Assembly: GCA_022813965.1 (NCBI GenBank)
Contig: JALDZS010000103.1
Location: 1-64,000 of the forward strand
DNA length: 64,000 nt
Source: Toensbergia leucococca
Taxonomy: Eukaryota
Direction: 5' to 3'
How positions within the stretch are numbered: the first letter of the stretch is position 1; each line of letters begins with the position of its first letter. The notes under the pieces were generated by a model. It did no database searches. It was not told the origin of the DNA and was given only the letters and a program-made list of their open reading frames with translations. Below, piece after piece: positions 63,244 to 64,000 of the stretch. Made by a program: the position numbers and the translations under genes.

Positions 63244-64000
63244 TCAAAAGCCAGGTGCGAATCGGACGCCGTTCCCCGAATTCGACTTCTCAAGCTCGCT
63301 TTCTGCATTGATGCCGTTACTGGGAGAAGCGCAGGGTGCTGCTGGTGTGACAGAAGTATCTGTAGACCAGTTGGTCGAAGCTCCGGTGGACTGTATTCCT
63401 GATGGGTTAGAAGAATCACGGTTCTTAACTTTCCAGTGGCCGCGACGACGACGTCGTTGGCCATAAGTGGAAGCCCGCAAGCTGGCAGGAACCGATGACT
63501 GCTCATTAGATGCAGATACCCGGCGAGAGTCATTGCGATTTGACAAGCCTTCTCCAGATCCATCAGGTGTCGATTTGACTTCGCTGGATCCATCTCTTTG
63601 GCTTCGATCGAGTCCTGACCCTGCAGGTTCACTCCTCGATTGTTTTCGGCGATTGAATCGATTCTTCTTAGCCTTCAACTCAGTTCCCTTTAGAGCCTCT
63701 TCATTTGTGGACTTTGGAGCATTTGGCTGATCTCCTGTTTTGACATTGGTGATGATTTCACCTAGAGTTCCCGTGGTGCAAATCGGGGGTTCATCCTCGC
63801 CCTTTCTTCTTCGGCCACGCTTCTTCTTCTCTTGGTCGCCCTTACTATCTGATAAAGCCTCACCACGGGTTTGACCAAATCCCGTTCCATGGTGTTGATG
63901 TGGTGGTTGTATCTCTGTTGGACTTCCCCGAAGGCTCTTTGGAACAAACTCAGGAGCATCAGGCTTCCATATTTTCTTCCCCTTTCCCGAAGACTCAAAA
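63244..64000 (-). CDS. 3' end of a gene entering from beyond the window: disordered basic tail with a PAM2-like motif
   Basis: Frame open from 63999 to the stop at 63244: FESSGKGKKIWKPDAPEFVPKSLR...KKKRGRRRK...RFAPGF. Confidence 0.65.
   Translation of the reverse strand, partial: FESSGKGKKIWKPDAPEFVPKSLRGSPTEIQPPHQHHGTGFGQTRGEALSDSKGDQEKKKRGRRRKGEDEPPICTTGTLGEIITNVKTGDQPNAPKSTNEEALKGTELKAKKNRFNRRKQSRSEPAGSGLDRSQRDGSSEVKSTPDGSGEGLSNRNDSRRVSASNEQSSVPASLRASTYGQRRRRRGHWKVKNRDSSNPSGIQSTGASTNWSTDTSVTPAAPCASPSNGINAESELEKSNSGNGVRFAPGF

Overview
Eukaryotic, intron-rich, gene-dense window from a filamentous ascomycete (Pezizomycotina; a lichen-forming Lecanoromycete is only a guess). It holds about 22 protein-coding genes, mostly housekeeping: UBP16-like protease, KES1/OSH4, PGM, REX2, NTF2, ERG13, Ish1/Msc1, two PTH11-like receptors and several hydrolases/dehydrogenases. 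The most notable feature is at 1986-6031 (-), where three separate ORFs splice through two canonical phase-0 introns into one ~1294-aa protein. It fuses an NDT80/PhoG DNA-binding domain, a TALE (KN-class) homeodomain with a tandemly repeated basic arm, and a large uncharacterised fungal domain. Other features: a double-guide C/D snoRNA in the intron of an apparently non-coding host (~32.0 kb) and a candidate intronic H/ACA RNA; a NACHT NLR-like gene with a 1-nt frameshift in an A6 run; PSD/PsiD-like and HNH-nuclease pseudogenes; a CpG-free RIP-like relic; and three homopolymer islands with a C/A-to-G/T strand-skew flip. Gene models were spliced by eye and family calls rest on recognised motifs, not database searches.
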